From Ophelia neglecta (Eukaryota), in assembly GCA_965285935.1 (NCBI GenBank), contig OZ260661.1:51956001-52020000 (forward strand): a DNA stretch of 64,000 nucleotides, given 5' to 3'. The position numbers were made by a program, and so were the translations under genes. Under the pieces are notes generated by a model. That model was given only the letters and a program-made list of their open reading frames with translations, did not search any database and had not been told where the DNA came from. Of the stretch, positions 10,199-22,979 are shown piece after piece; the first letter of the stretch is position 1; the number at the start of each line of letters is the position of its first letter.

Positions 10199-12738
10199 TT
10201 TCTCGGTTGGTCAGTGTTGTCAGGTTCAGCAACAACCTCACATGCAGCATTCAAATCTGGCAGCTTGTCCAAAGTAGTATGTTCACCAGCTGCAGCTTTT
10301 TGTGGCATAGCTTTTGTGTCAGGCCTGAGAACCTTCACTTCTGAGAGTGGGGCATATTCTACATTTGTGCATCTTTCCTCCTGGCCAGAGGAACGATTCT
10401 CACAGTAGCATGATTGTCGTCTGATCCGCAGCTGGTTGGTAACGCCAGTGCTTGAGAACACATGGTACTTCCTACATCCTGATAGGGTCATCACTGCTCT
10501 TTCCTGCCGAGGACGCTGAATATCATCCCTTGCCACAAAGAGATATTCCCTTATTGAGACTTCTTTCTGGTTCTTTGCCTCATTGATTGACTCACGTTTA
10601 ATCTGTGCATGTTGAGCCATGTAACTGTAGAACTCTTTAGCATAACTGATGACAGTTTTCCGACTTAGAACAGCTTTAGCTGCAATATGCTTGGAGAGTC
10701 CACCCAGGCCATCACATACACTTTTACCATGGTATTTCTCCTTCACATTTCTAGTTATTTGGAAATTGAAATCTGCTTCTGCATAAGAGATGTCAGCAAA
10801 GCCAGTCTTGCCCTTGTACTGACTTGGGCACCCGTCAGTCCACTGTATCAAGTGTGAAATGAAAACTTCTTGCTTTCTAAGATGATCAACAAGCTCCCTA
10901 GTGAACTTGAATACAGCATGGGCGTCATGCTTGGTGTCATCACTTATGAATATGATTGCATGTTTTATCAGAACAATTTCATTGAGTTCATCGTGCCTAA
11001 TATAATAGTTCATTGTGGGATGTAGAGTAACTGAACTTTGCTCCCAGTGTGCACTCTGAACCTCATCTTGGTATTGACAACTGAAATTTTCTGCAAAATC
11101 CATGATGGATATGACAGTTCCTTCCTTGATATTCTTCAGGCAATCCTGAAGCTGCAGATGTTGCCATGTTGCACGGAAACGATGTGCTGGGTAGTCATTG
11201 GAAAGCTCTTTAACAGCCTCTATCAGGTCCTTGATCGTACCATCACATTGTTTCAACATCACTTTTTGTTTTGTGACCTCTTTGTAGACATACTGGCCAA
11301 GCTGCCACTTTGCCCAGGTAACAGGGTTGTCACCAATGGCCTCAATAACACGTTTCAGGTAAGTATCTAAGTTTCGAGGACCACATTTTTTACAGCTGCG
11401 CTCCAAACAAGCGGCATTGGAGAAATCTCTATCTGACTCACACACAGTTTGTTTCATTAGCTCCTCTTTTTTCAGGTTGATGTGCTTGGTGTTTTTTGTC
11501 ACATTACCTTCTGACAAAACAGCTTTCCGAAGTGCTTCAGTTGCCAGTGCAAAATTGCAACATACAACACAAAGGCATGCCCTTCGAGATGTCTCACTGA
11601 CTCGCTTGACATGTGTAGGCTTAAGCTTGTTAAAAGTGGACAAACTAATTTTGATATTTAATCTTTGCAAGAAGAGGGTATGAGCTTCCTGGCTGGTAAG
11701 GAGCATTATGTGCTTTTGCACTGTGCTTTTTTCTTTGCTAACAGGATCTGTTACCTGCATGGCATCACGCTTACCAGGCATCTCACGACTAACTTCTTCA
11801 CTAAGATAAAAATCTTGAACTTCTTGTATAAATTGCCTACTTATAGCATCCTTGCGCCTTTTCCTTTCTTGAACACCAAGTGCTGAAGAATTTCTATGTT
11901 TCATGCTGACTCCAAGCTCCCTTCTCAGATCACATTTTACTCTATACTTCTTTGCAATTTTACCAGCAGCTGCATGAGCTAGGGTTTTGTATGCAGTCTT
12001 GTGGAGTGATGATTTACAGGATTTTGTTCCCTCTATGGTTCCTTCTAGGCCTTCTTTGATTGCTGAGAACATTAAAATTTTCCTATTTGATTCTCTACTA
12101 GGAATAACACCTTTACTTTCTAGAATTTTGCGTGTCCTAGGTGATTTCATCGCAAGCTTTTCCAAAATTTTGGCTTTTTTGGTGGGGGTTTTAGGTAGTG
12201 TTTGAGCCACTTTTAGAGTGGCACGGCGTTCTGACCGAGGACTCCTAAATCCATTCTGCAGTTGGACTCTAAGAGTCCATCGGCTACGTTGTCTCTCCTC
12301 TTGTTTTCTTACACGGCATTGCTTTCTTTTTTCTTCTGTTTTCTGTTCATTAATCTTCTGCTCTACCCTTTTCTGTTTTTGACGCTGTCTGTCCTTTTCT
12401 TTCATTCTCCTTATCTTCTGTATTGATTTGCTTCTTCCTGCATTAGCTATACATGTACTTTTATCTACTGGCTGCTCTGAATTTGTTGATGGTTCTGTCT
12501 TATTTCTGCTTTCTTTCTCGTTTCTTTTACGCATTCGGCATTTCTGCTGACGTAACTTTGCTTTTTCTCTATCTCTAGCCGCTTGGACTTTGGTAATCTT
12601 TGTTTTTTGTGCTCTTTTTTTGCGCTTTCGTTCTTTGTCCCTCTGTTTTAACTGTTCATATTGCTCTTTGTGGAATTTTTTTATTTTATCTCTCCACTTT
12701 GCTTGTTTCAATCTGCGCTTCTCCTTCTCATTCGCCAT
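10199..12738 (-). CDS. Sola2-like DDD transposase, main coding exon
   Basis: Uninterrupted ORF with MDFAENFSCQYQDEVQSAHW, WTDGCPSQYK and HGKSVCDGLGG (candidate D-D-D triad), Cys clusters (CLCVVCC, CLERSCKKC) and a basic N-terminus. Donor AA|GTAAGT at 10198; acceptor ctgttacAG 3 nt before the ATG implies a 5'UTR intron. Confidence 0.88.
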
Positions 12739-14782
12739 GATCTGTAACAGAAAATATTGTCATGACATTCTGTATGATTTCTCAAATCCCAATTAAGTAG
12801 GTCTACGGACGTGACATGAAATTTAAAACAAGTTGTATAGCACCCAGCTGATATACAAATGCCAGCAAATAGGAAAATAGCCTAGAAATGTCACAAAATT
12901 CATTATTCTAAAAATAGGAATCTAAAATTAAACCAGAGACGCAAGCTGAACCATCTTACCTAGTCATGACTTTTTAGTAAAAAAAAAACCTCTGGATCTA
13001 GAAAAAATTAGCATTAAATATTCTTGATTAAGTCTAAAAAGTTTTATTGCTAAAAGTAGTAATGGTATTTAGTAAAAGTAATATTTGTGAGACATTTAAA
13101 ATTCAATGGACTCTTGATTTATTATCTTAAAGCTTAGTCCCCTTAGGTCTACGGACGTGACGGTCTACGGACGTGATAGTGTTTGGCACCAAATCCACCT
13201 CCACCATGGCATATACAAAAAGACATTTATAACAAACCTTCATTTCCTGGTATGTTCCTGAAGACCATATAAAAACAGGCTTCAGATAACTGCTGCACCA
13301 CTCTGCTGAAAATTTGTAAGGAGTGACGGACGTGACACTCACATTTCGGAAAATTCACGGTGACCGCTCTTCCTCATGGCTGACCAAGAAACTTGAAAAC
13401 AGATGTTAGTTAGGGTTTGCTCTAAAGAGTATAATACTGTCTAGACGTTACAGACTGAAAAAGAAACAACTTTGACCTGTTTTTGAAAGTTAACACTATG
13501 TCTTAAATAGACATTGATTAAAAAATGACAAAGTGTGACATTATGGTGCCATTCTTTACTGTGTCATACCAAAGTTACAAAAGTGCAGAGTTGCTATTGT
13601 TCTCCTGGTATAAAGGCAACACATAGTAACATACATTGTAAAAGAGTGATATCTTGAAAGAAACCCATTTAAGATTGTCAAATATGAACAGTAAATAATA
13701 GTTTTCAGCAAATGGCCAATTGTGACAGGCAAAAATGGCCAATTTTGACCCATTGATTGAGGCTGGCTGAAAAAATATGAATTATATGGGGAAGTTTTGA
13801 TGTGGACTTTTTTATATAATGTGTACCTCTGCAAAACAACTGTAGATCATTCCTATCAGGTTAGGCTTTTTATGCATAAATGCCCCCTTTGTAGTTTTGG
13901 TACCCTAAGCAAATTTCACCCGATATAGATATGATTGTTTCCCAAGGTTAAATGCCTTTTAGCCATGTTTACGTTCACCCCAGAAATTAGATAATTAATA
14001 TCATTAGACCATGTACACATTGGTCTAGCATTATGAGAACATGGAAACGAGACTTGTGTATAATTTTCCAAATATCCTAGGTGTGTACCCAGTATGCATG
14101 CTTTGTATGTATCAAAGTGGATACAATTAGAAGTGTACAATTTCTAAAATGCTTCCAGTATATTGTTTTAGATAAAAACAATGTTATCAGACCTTTATTA
14201 CAGTGTTTCAACTACCATTATGCTATCTAATATAGGTACATGTAGTTTTATCGCAAAGTCTTCTCCAAGTATTTAATGGACAACATTGTTTAACCATTTT
14301 TCCTGCTGTAGTGTGCTAGGTAATTTTACAGCCTGCAATATACATGTACACAACCTATTTTGTGCTGATAAAGACTCTCCACTTAGTTGAGGTTTAAATG
14401 CACAACTAGTCACTGGGTTCTGTGTTGCCATGGTTTTGTAACATACATGTAATGGGGGGGGGGGGGGGGTTCCAGAATTTACCAGGCATTACTTCATTTC
14501 TATATTCACTTTATACTAACTTGCTTATTTTACTTTGGTTTGAATTATACTCTACATTTTTCAGGGCATTTTTCGCCATTAATTTTCATCCAGTTTCTTA
14601 TTTCAACATCTCCAGTGGCCAGTTTGGTTGTCCAGCTGGATACCGCCACAGACCTATTTTATTTGACTGCCTTACAAACAGTATTCTTGTAGGATTAGAG
14701 ATTTCAGTCCTCAGATGTATAGTAGTTTGTGTAGTCATTCATGTAGTTAAGGTGCCTGTGTATATGTAAGAGACTTGGTAAG

Positions 14783-14890
14783 CCAGGGTGTGACAGTGTT
14801 AGTTTCGTATTTTGTCTTACCAGGGAGTGACAGTGTTAGTTTCGTATTTTGTCTTACCAGGGTGTGACAGTATGTGTTAGCTTTGTATTT
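14783..14890. repeat. 37-bp tandem repeat, ~3 copies
   Basis: CCAGGGTGTGACAGTGTTAGTTTCGTATTTTGTCTTA repeated. Confidence 0.9.
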
Positions 14891-17049
14891 GATATGTTTA
14901 TCTTGTATTTATTAGTGTGCTTAGGAGGTGTGATTTAAAGTTACAATACATGGACATTTGTTTCAAAAAACTGGTCCCAAATAAATATTTCTAGTAATAT
15001 AGATTTTAATTAGTGTTCAATTACAGTTCTCTCAGTTGCCTGCTCATAGCAACATTTGGTTTGAAACATGTACCTGAAAACCTGGAAGACTAAATGTGGT
15101 ATACATCTGTGAGTCTGATTCTGATAGACCTATTTTAATACACACAATTCACTTATTGGATGCTTTAGTAGTGAAATAAAAAACTGTCATCTGGAGCTAA
15201 ACTAGTCATATTGTTCAAATTTATGTTTATTACTAAAAGAAACCATGTTAAATAGCTACCAGGGGTGAATAAACATACAAGTGCATGTCATGTTCATCCT
15301 CTGTCTATATACATCACTGGGGCATAACTGATAACAGTAATTGTAGTTACCACATCCAAAATTGGTTTTTTTTTCTGGTGAAGGTCAGAAGTCTGAGCAC
15401 TCTATTTTCTATCTTTCTTCAGCTGCCAAATTTGTGGAATAAAATGTTGTTAAACGAAGCATAAATTGGTTAAGAATATCTGAAAATGTTTTTCTCTGTG
15501 GTAGACCTATAGAAGTCTTGGATAGAGTATAAATGCATATAAATCCAAAATGTAGCATAAAATGTTTAAATTTTACGGGTTTGGGCAGTAACCCCATGTT
15601 TCTTCAGTTAAATACTATTTACACTAAAACTAAAAGAAAGTAGAGAGCAACGAGTTCCAACCATTGCAGGAAGAAGCCATTTTGGATGTAGTAACTGCAG
15701 TTACCGAATCAGTCTTAGCTTAGTGGTATAGAAATATTAGTATTTCATTAATATGCAATTTGATTAAATAAACCTGATTATATTACTTTGTGGCATGTTT
15801 AACATACATTCTGTTCTAGCAATTATTATATTTCAGTTTCGTAGGGTGTGCAAGTGAATCAGTCTTAGATTGTAACTCGTTGTGTAATAGGTCTAGTGTT
15901 GTTTCAATGAGTTACAAACATCGGAAATCGAGTGTTCCAGCGAGTTACAATGCATTAAAACAGCGTTATGACATCACTTACATGCCCTATTTTTTGTTTG
16001 TTTGCTAAGGATACCCGTATGTGTATAACATATTATGTGTGAATGTATGAAAATAAAAATTATAAATATTTTACGAAAGACTTTATTGGATGAAATTTAA
16101 TATCTGTAAATAAATTAATATAATAAGATGAAGAGTAATGAAAGTATGCTCTTTCCCAATATATATATATGTATCATATAAATAAATTAAACATAAAAAA
16201 TCAAATAATATATATATATGCTATATAAATAGCAGAGGAACATAATGTGCGCAACTGTTTAACGAGTATAACGTATTTTTTTAGTAATTTTCTCTTTTAA
16301 ATGCGAGTGAACTTAAGTAGAGTGTAGTCCTCGAGTTAATTTTTGTCCCTAATTTCAGACCCGTGCCGATTTACGGCCTCTAGCCGCCAGGGAACATGGT
16401 GTAAAATGACGTCACCTGTTTTAGCCAATATAAAGAACGCAACAGGCATTTGAAAGCAGTTTTAGCTTTGGGCTAACACAGTGTAAATTGTCTTACCTAA
16501 ATTTGGGCTAGACTCGCACGACTAAAGGTATATGATAGTCCTTCTACCTGTCATTATTCGTTGAATGTAATTCCTTTCTCGTAGGCCGATTCCGCCCGTA
16601 CGTGACAGCAGCTTCAGCCTGAAACTAATTCAGGGGGTGCAAAGAATACTCTTTCCTGAATTACTTGTACCCGTTTTGTAAGGCCTCTGGCCTGACCCCC
16701 GGCAGTAGCTTGCCTGAATAAATTCTGGGAGTCAAAATTAAACTACTCCATCTTTGAAGCCATATATTACTCATTAGGTCTGTTTTTTTTTATGTACCTC
16801 TGAGCTCTGTCAACCCCATGCCTGTTTCACATAGTACTGTAGTATAAATAAATTATTGCTTATTGTTTTAGATCACCCTTGCATCCTTTAATAATCAAGG
16901 CCGAGCGGAAAAATTCTGACGAAATCCTATTCCAACCAAATTCCTGCCAACTGTAAATTCATTCCGGACGGAATATCTCCGACGGAATCTTATACCCCTG
17001 GCGGTGCTAGTGCACCCAAAAGACCCTGCATTTTGTAGGGTTAATTCTA

Positions 17050-17850
17050 CGTCCTTGGTTTTTCCCCTCACTAAGATTCACCTTTGCTGCCTCCATATGC
17101 TGTCCTTCCAGAAGGTTCCAATACTTCTGTACTCAGGCTGGGGTCGGCAAAGGAGACAACGATCCCCGCCTAGGCCATATATATAGGCGTGTAGCCCCTC
17201 ACAGTTTGGCTGAGCAGTGCACTGTCCGTAACAGTTATGACCTCCAGCAGGTGGTGCTTTGTAGCACGACACTTGGCGCACTCCTTACATAACTTTGGGG
17301 TGTCTTCTGGAGGTACGTGTCTTGTGTTTCTCCAGCATTTCATAAATTTGCTGGAAAATTTCAGGATGGAAATTACTGCCTTGATCGGAATGGACCATCA
17401 GGGCCAACCCAGAACGGGTCATGAACTCGTAGACGAGCCTTTCAGCACACGTGTCTGCTGTAGCATCAGGGAGAGCATAGATTTGTACCCATTTCGAGAA
17501 ATAGTCCTGGACGACCATAGTCCACTTGTTTCCAGCGGGAGTAACTGCATGGCAAAGGACAAATGAGTCCCATAGCGATCTTGTCCATGGGTGCCCCCCC
17601 CCCTCACCCCCCGAGTGGTCTCTTCTCGCACAAAAATCCTATGTGGAACAGGTCATCCGGGACATGGCATCGGCATTGTTGTGTATCAACCCTGGTCGGT
17701 ACTCTATTGTGTAAAATCGTTACTGGCGAGTGTCTGAAATCAGGACGTGGTTTGTCCCGCCGGGTCCCGTGGTCGGAACAGCCACTTGACGGGTTGGTGG
17801 TAAGACCTAGTGTTGTGTCCTAATCTTGAGATTAAGCTCCGCAAGTCACA
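17050..17850 (-). mobile_element. Decayed Gypsy/Ty3 LTR retrotransposon pol remnant (RNase H end plus integrase, internally deleted)
   Basis: Minus-strand fragments HQPVKWLF, YRPGLIHNNADAMSR, GAPMDKIAM and VVQDYFSKWVQIYALPDATADTCA...HSDQGSNF; frameshifts and stops present. Confidence 0.85.
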
Positions 17851-18074
17851 GCGCCTCCGCTTTTAATCAAAAGCCTACACACACATGATTTAATGTCTAT
17901 TGATCAGTGCCCGTTGCTGACATATGAGTTACATCATCATCATAAGCGCATGAATTATGATGTTGCTCTCCCACACCCACCCCAACTATGGTATCCCAAA
18001 GCTTAAATAATAAATCATTTAGGAATATATTGAACTGGCAGTGACCCGTTGGTTCGGGGAGATACTAGGGCCTG

Positions 18075-18495
18075 TTTTAATGGGGTGTCCCTCGGGGTTT
18101 TGGAAATCAGACCCACTCATGTAAATCTCCTCACAAAATATACACCCATACCTGTAAATATGAGGCAAATATGGACCTGATCAATATCAAATTAGATGTG
18201 CTGTGAAGGAGCAATGTATAATTTAGAAGCAAAATATGGACGAATCTGAATGAATCTGGTTCCAACTTTGAATTTAGCATGTTTAGTTGTCTTTTTCAAT
18301 GAAAATAGACTTAGGTGGGACAATTTTGTGCCATTTCTGTAAACGAAGACTGAAAACCCGACCATTCATGTAAGAAAAGCTCAAACTGAACTCTATACAT
18401 GTATATTAATTCTCTGAAAAACCCACCGATGTAAGCGGCACATGCCGTATGCCTATACATATGGGAGTAAACCCCCCCACCCCCCACCCCCGAGC
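18075..18495. repeat. Probable non-autonomous DNA transposon fragment
   Basis: End motif GCGGCACATGCCGTATGCC...ATATGGGAGTAAACCCCCC resembles a repeat terminus common in marine invertebrate genomes; the other end is degenerate. Confidence 0.4.
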
Positions 18496-18619
18496 CCCTG
18501 GGCGACAATGATGAGTGGGGCAGCAAGGCATTTTAGTTGGGTATGTATATGAGAAGAGCAGTTTTCATTAGCGACTCACTTAGGGTGAGGAAAAAGTAAG
18601 AAGGTGAATTTTTACTCCA

Positions 18620-19480
18620 TTCATTCAAGCGGTGTAAGAGAAAAAATATAAGTCAACCTGTTGTAATATATAAATAAGGCAACACGGGTTATCTTTGAAA
18701 TGGGTGAAAAATACCAGGCAAATAATCTTATTCCCCGACTCTCCAGGTTGATAAATAATGTTAAAAAAACATGTCCAGACGGTTGTGACGTTGATCAATA
18801 ATGCGTTGCCAATATATGAGGACGAACCGTTCGTAATTGGCAGAGAACTCGGCGACACAATTGCCTATTATCATATATAGAACAGTGCCCTGTTCAGTTC
18901 CGTCGAAGACGTGGAAAGGCAGACTAGTTGAGCCGTTCCAACGGACCATGGCATACATATTAGAATACCAAGCATACAGATGTCTCCAGATGGACAGAGT
19001 GATGGCAAAATATAATTAGTAGAAAAGGCCAGCGGGCCAAATAGAAAGCACTTCTCGGCGTCTAGAGAGCAGATAAACAAAGGCGGTTGTCTATATTTGA
19101 AAAAAAAAAAAAAACTATCATAAAGTTAATTAGTTGCTGGGTCGGGGCTTCTGCCTCGTCGGAACCCGAAATGAGCATCACTTATGGGGCGACCGGAAAT
19201 GCCAGGTAATATAATTAATTCAAATAGTTTCGTGAGTACAGGGCCAATAGTAAGTGTGCATTAGTCCAGTGTCTAAGATAGACTTCTTGAGGCCAGGTAT
19301 AATAATACCTTATCTAAAGGATGCGGGTATCACACCCGACGCGATCATGACATTAAAAAACCACGCCAAATGAGGGTATAGCGTTTTGTTATCTTGCAAA
19401 GCGTGCAGAACTTCCATCTGGCTCTGGCGAGGAGTTAAGGAAGAGACCCTTTATATAGTTTTTAACTACATCAATAGTAT
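18620..19480 (-). mobile_element. Decayed non-LTR retrotransposon (LINE) ORF2 reverse transcriptase remnant
   Basis: Minus-strand fragments in LINE order: LNSSPEPDG, FNVMIASGVIPASF, FGFRRGRS-like, FICSLDAEKCF, AMVRWNGSTSLPFHVFDGTEQGTVL. Confidence 0.75.
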
Positions 19481-21219
19481 GTATGGTCATTCATCAATTA
19501 GCTATTAACTTCAGCAAATGAGTTCTGAACAAATGTATCAATACACTCCTGCAAGAGGTCAGGCCACTTGAACCGGTCATAGTTAGTACCCTTGAAATAG
19601 TGAGCTAAATGTGTTGGTTCAAGGGAGGAATTCATATTTTGACGCTTCCTTTAATAGTCTGCCAAAGAGAAATCAGCTTGCTGTTATGATAAAGGTTGTT
19701 GAATTGATGATAAAGTTTCAATAGTTGAAACGCTGCAAGCGGCGGCTCAAACTCCGAAACGGCCTTTTCACACCCTTGTACCTAATCAAGTGTGTAAAAT
19801 TATAACTTGTATTTGCAATGATTATGCCTCTACCTCGCTTTGAATATATATTGTGCAATAGAAGCAATTAACGAAAGGTACAACTGGTATTCAGTCTCTA
19901 TACACTGTTTTTTTCGACATCACATACTCTTGGACAAAATGTTCATGGTCGATAGTTCAAGACAATTGCGTCATGCACATTTTGTTGTAAGCTTAATTGT
20001 GAACTCCAGTCTGCGCACCCGGAAAATGAAATTTAGGCTCATCAATTTTTTTACCATCATATAAATCCGTTTTATTGGACCATGTAAAGTGCCTATTACC
20101 TTACACATTTCGATGTGCATCTTAACTTCCTTTGCTTACTCCACCGCACTTACTTTACAACCCCATCGTTGTATCCTAACATTTTTCAGATTGAAATATT
20201 ATCATTTTGCATAATTCACGAAGAAAGAATTTTTTGAAAGAAAGTCAATGTTCCTTAAACAAATACCATAGGGAGAAAAATTTGTGAGATATAAGCACAA
20301 TGGCAAACAATTGAAACAGAAGTGAAATTATTTTGGGACAGACATTAAAAATGAATCATACAATACTTAAAAAAACGAAAGTAGGCCTAGTATGGGAGGC
20401 TGTTTTATTTAATGCAGAGTTACTCTTTAAGCAAAAATGTGCACTTTCGTGAGGAAAGTTTCTATTAGATTTCCCTTCACTCTCACCCATTTTCTAATAA
20501 ATCACAAAGAAATAATCAAGAAATTTACACCTACCAAGAATTTTTTTAGCTCCATTGTCAATAGTTACAGACCAGAGCCGATTTTAATATTAAAATGATC
20601 GCCTTGGAGAGAGCTACAAATATTTTCCCATTCTTGGTTTACAACGTTGGAAATTTTATTTTTCAACATATTTTCAGTCATTTCTTTTTAGAATGGCTGG
20701 TGTCCCCTGTCATTTTTTATGATCATGTTCCTTATATGCCCTTTTAGCCCATAAAGACTTTTTTTGCTATATTTAACATTTAGTGTCATTTTGATCGGTT
20801 ACATCTATGATAAAGTAGGTTTGTTGAATAAGTTTCAATTCAGTGTTGAAAAGATTTTTCATTTAACTGACAGTGGGCTAAAAATGCGATGCAATTTTCT
20901 CACATAAAATGTGACCTGAGTAAATTTTCATTCATGATGCCGAGTAAATATTTTTCTATGAAATTATAAAAGGTAAGGGCTTGAGGTAGTGTATGATCTA
21001 AGCAAATTTTCCTCGAGAACATAGCACACATGCGATTAAAACAGAAGACTGTTTTGGAACTCTTGATAAGGCACATCTAATATTGTTTCTCTATCCAGAA
21101 TATACAGAGTTCACGAGATTATGAGGTTATATACTCATATATGGGGCTATTTACTCATTCGATATAGATTTCACCCTCACAGCGAATAATGACGGCGTCA
21201 ACTGGGAGCTGTCAGTTCT

Positions 21220-21720
21220 TAGTTCATTAGCCCTATTTGCCACGGGTACTTGTGTTTTATAGGCGTTTCACGCTCCCAGGGGATCATTTCTAGATGGCCA
21301 ATTTTACGTGTTTTTCCCGCACATTTTATACCCCTTCCGGCCTCTTGGCCTTCGCGGGGGCGCCCAGTAGGCTTGCCGGCCTCTTTCCCCTCAACCTTCA
21401 AGGGTCGAAAATTGCCCAAAAATCGCCGAATTTTGAACTTTTCAGGCTAGAAATCTGTTTTAGGGGCAATGGAGAGTTGAATTGGGGCCTTAAATTTTGG
21501 GTGGATTGCGTTGTTTTGATTTTCATTGGGTGAAAATGGGCCTAAAATCGCAGATTTTCAAGTTTTTTGGGCCGGAAATATACTTTGGAGAACCAATAAG
21601 TTTGATTCAGCTAGTTTAGGAGTGATACTTTTTGGATACTTTTTTTTAATAAGGAACTGGGGATTCGAATTAGGAACTGCCAGTTCCTAGATCCTAGCTG
21701 GACTTTGTATTGTTAAAGTG
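21220..21720. repeat. Repeat with internal inverted motifs; related to 29690-29990
   Basis: 21384-21429 matches the reverse complement of 29862-29907 at 39/46 nt; shared TAAGGAAC/AGTTCCTAG motifs. Confidence 0.55.
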
Positions 21721-22519
21721 CGAATAATGGTGAAAAATCGCGTTGCCTTTTTTTCTTATGACCTGGTAGGTATACCAGAGGAGATTAGTAATCTTTGGAA
21801 GCTATCTTTGGAAGATGCCTGGACTGCTTAAATTGGCTATTTACTAACATAAAAGTAAAATCATGTATATACATTAATGCTTATTTTGTGTATACCGAAT
21901 TGTACGTAGCAATGATCCAACTCCGGGCCCGCCAACCGTAATAATAAATAACGGTAACGGAGCCCCAAGGTGACCCACCGCCGCCAATTCAGGCGTGGCC
22001 TCGGCTGCAATCAAGCATAGGAGAGGGCACGCTCCTATTCATACTAACTACTTTCATCATGATAGAAATATTAACTCAATTTATAATAGTATCAACTTGA
22101 TAGATATTACCATTTACTTTTCTTTAATGATATCATTTTCATTCATCACAATAGTTACCTGTATTCAAATAATGTTAAAAACAATGCAGCTCGAGGTAAT
22201 TTGGAAGTTGTTATTTAGTAATTAAACAAATAATTGGCTCGTTTACTGCCACGTGACCGAAAGATTGTGCCCGTATATAAGGACAGAAAATTACTTAACA
22301 CTAACCTAGCTTACACCGCGATGTTCTTCCGAGTAACCTTGGTCTCGATGGGATAGCTGGAGGTACTTTTTGGAGCCGGAGATAACGGGTGATGCCTGCC
22401 AGACGCGGGGCGCCTCTGGACTGGGGTGAAGGTCCGGTGAGTCTTGCTCTATACTTTGTTTTCGGCCAGCACCTAACCTAAAGCTGCAAATAGTGTTAGT
22501 ATAATGGTGCATGCTAATG

Positions 22520-22820
22520 TGTCTATCTTACCTAATACAAACCATGATGGACCTATCTTACCTAATACAAACCTGTATGTTTTCCACTCTTACATAATCT
22601 AAACCTAAGTGTCCCTATCTTACTTAATACAAACTGAGGGAGGATATTATAATCACCTTCGATTATTGTGTAAGTGCACGATGTAGAGTTCCAGTCCTCA
22701 TCCTCGTACTCACTGCCTGCTAACCAGAGCTCCTGACTCCAGACCTCAGCCTCCTGATCTCATCCTCCTGATTTCAGCCTCCTGATCTCAGCCTCCTGAC
22801 CTGTCCTTAGCCTCCTAGCC
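22520..22820. repeat. Short tandem repeats (TATCTTACCTAATACAAACC-like ~32-bp units; CCTCCTGATCTCAG 14-bp units)
   Basis: Read directly: about 4 units at 22520-22635 and about 6 units at 22730-22820. Confidence 0.75.
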
Positions 22821-22979
22821 ATATCCTCCAAGAACAGGGAACCTTGCCTGAAAAAATGTAAAGCAAACATAGTGAGAAGACAATAACGACAGTACACATA
22901 AATCGAAGAGCAATTAATATAATACAAAAAACTGTACCTTGGAAGGTGTAAAACGGTCTTTCCATAGTGCTCGAAGGTA

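Larger units (their letters stand above)
8625..13922 (-). mobile_element. Full-length cut-and-paste DNA transposon, Sola superfamily (Sola2-like), 5298 bp
   Basis: Perfect 28-bp TIRs CGGGTGAAATTTGCTTAGGGTACCAAAA (8625-8652 and 13895-13922), ATAT on both flanks (8621-8624, 13923-13926), and an uninterrupted internal transposase. Exact termini are ambiguous by a few bp because ATAT is palindromic. Confidence 0.9.

Noticed and set aside
10195-12738. 847-aa ORF as a complete standalone host gene
   Set aside because: It is enclosed by TIRs and a TSD, has transposase motifs, and its stop lies within a consensus splice donor.
11038-12796. Plus-strand ORFs overlapping the transposase (likewise the minus-strand ORFs over the GPCR and PTP exons)
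   Set aside because: Antisense shadows of real coding sequence with no recognisable motifs.
14454-14468. Poly-G/poly-C tracts (also near 26570, 28490, 55965, 59205, 60025) as a functional system
   Set aside because: They are scattered with no positional pattern, and homopolymer lengths are error-prone.
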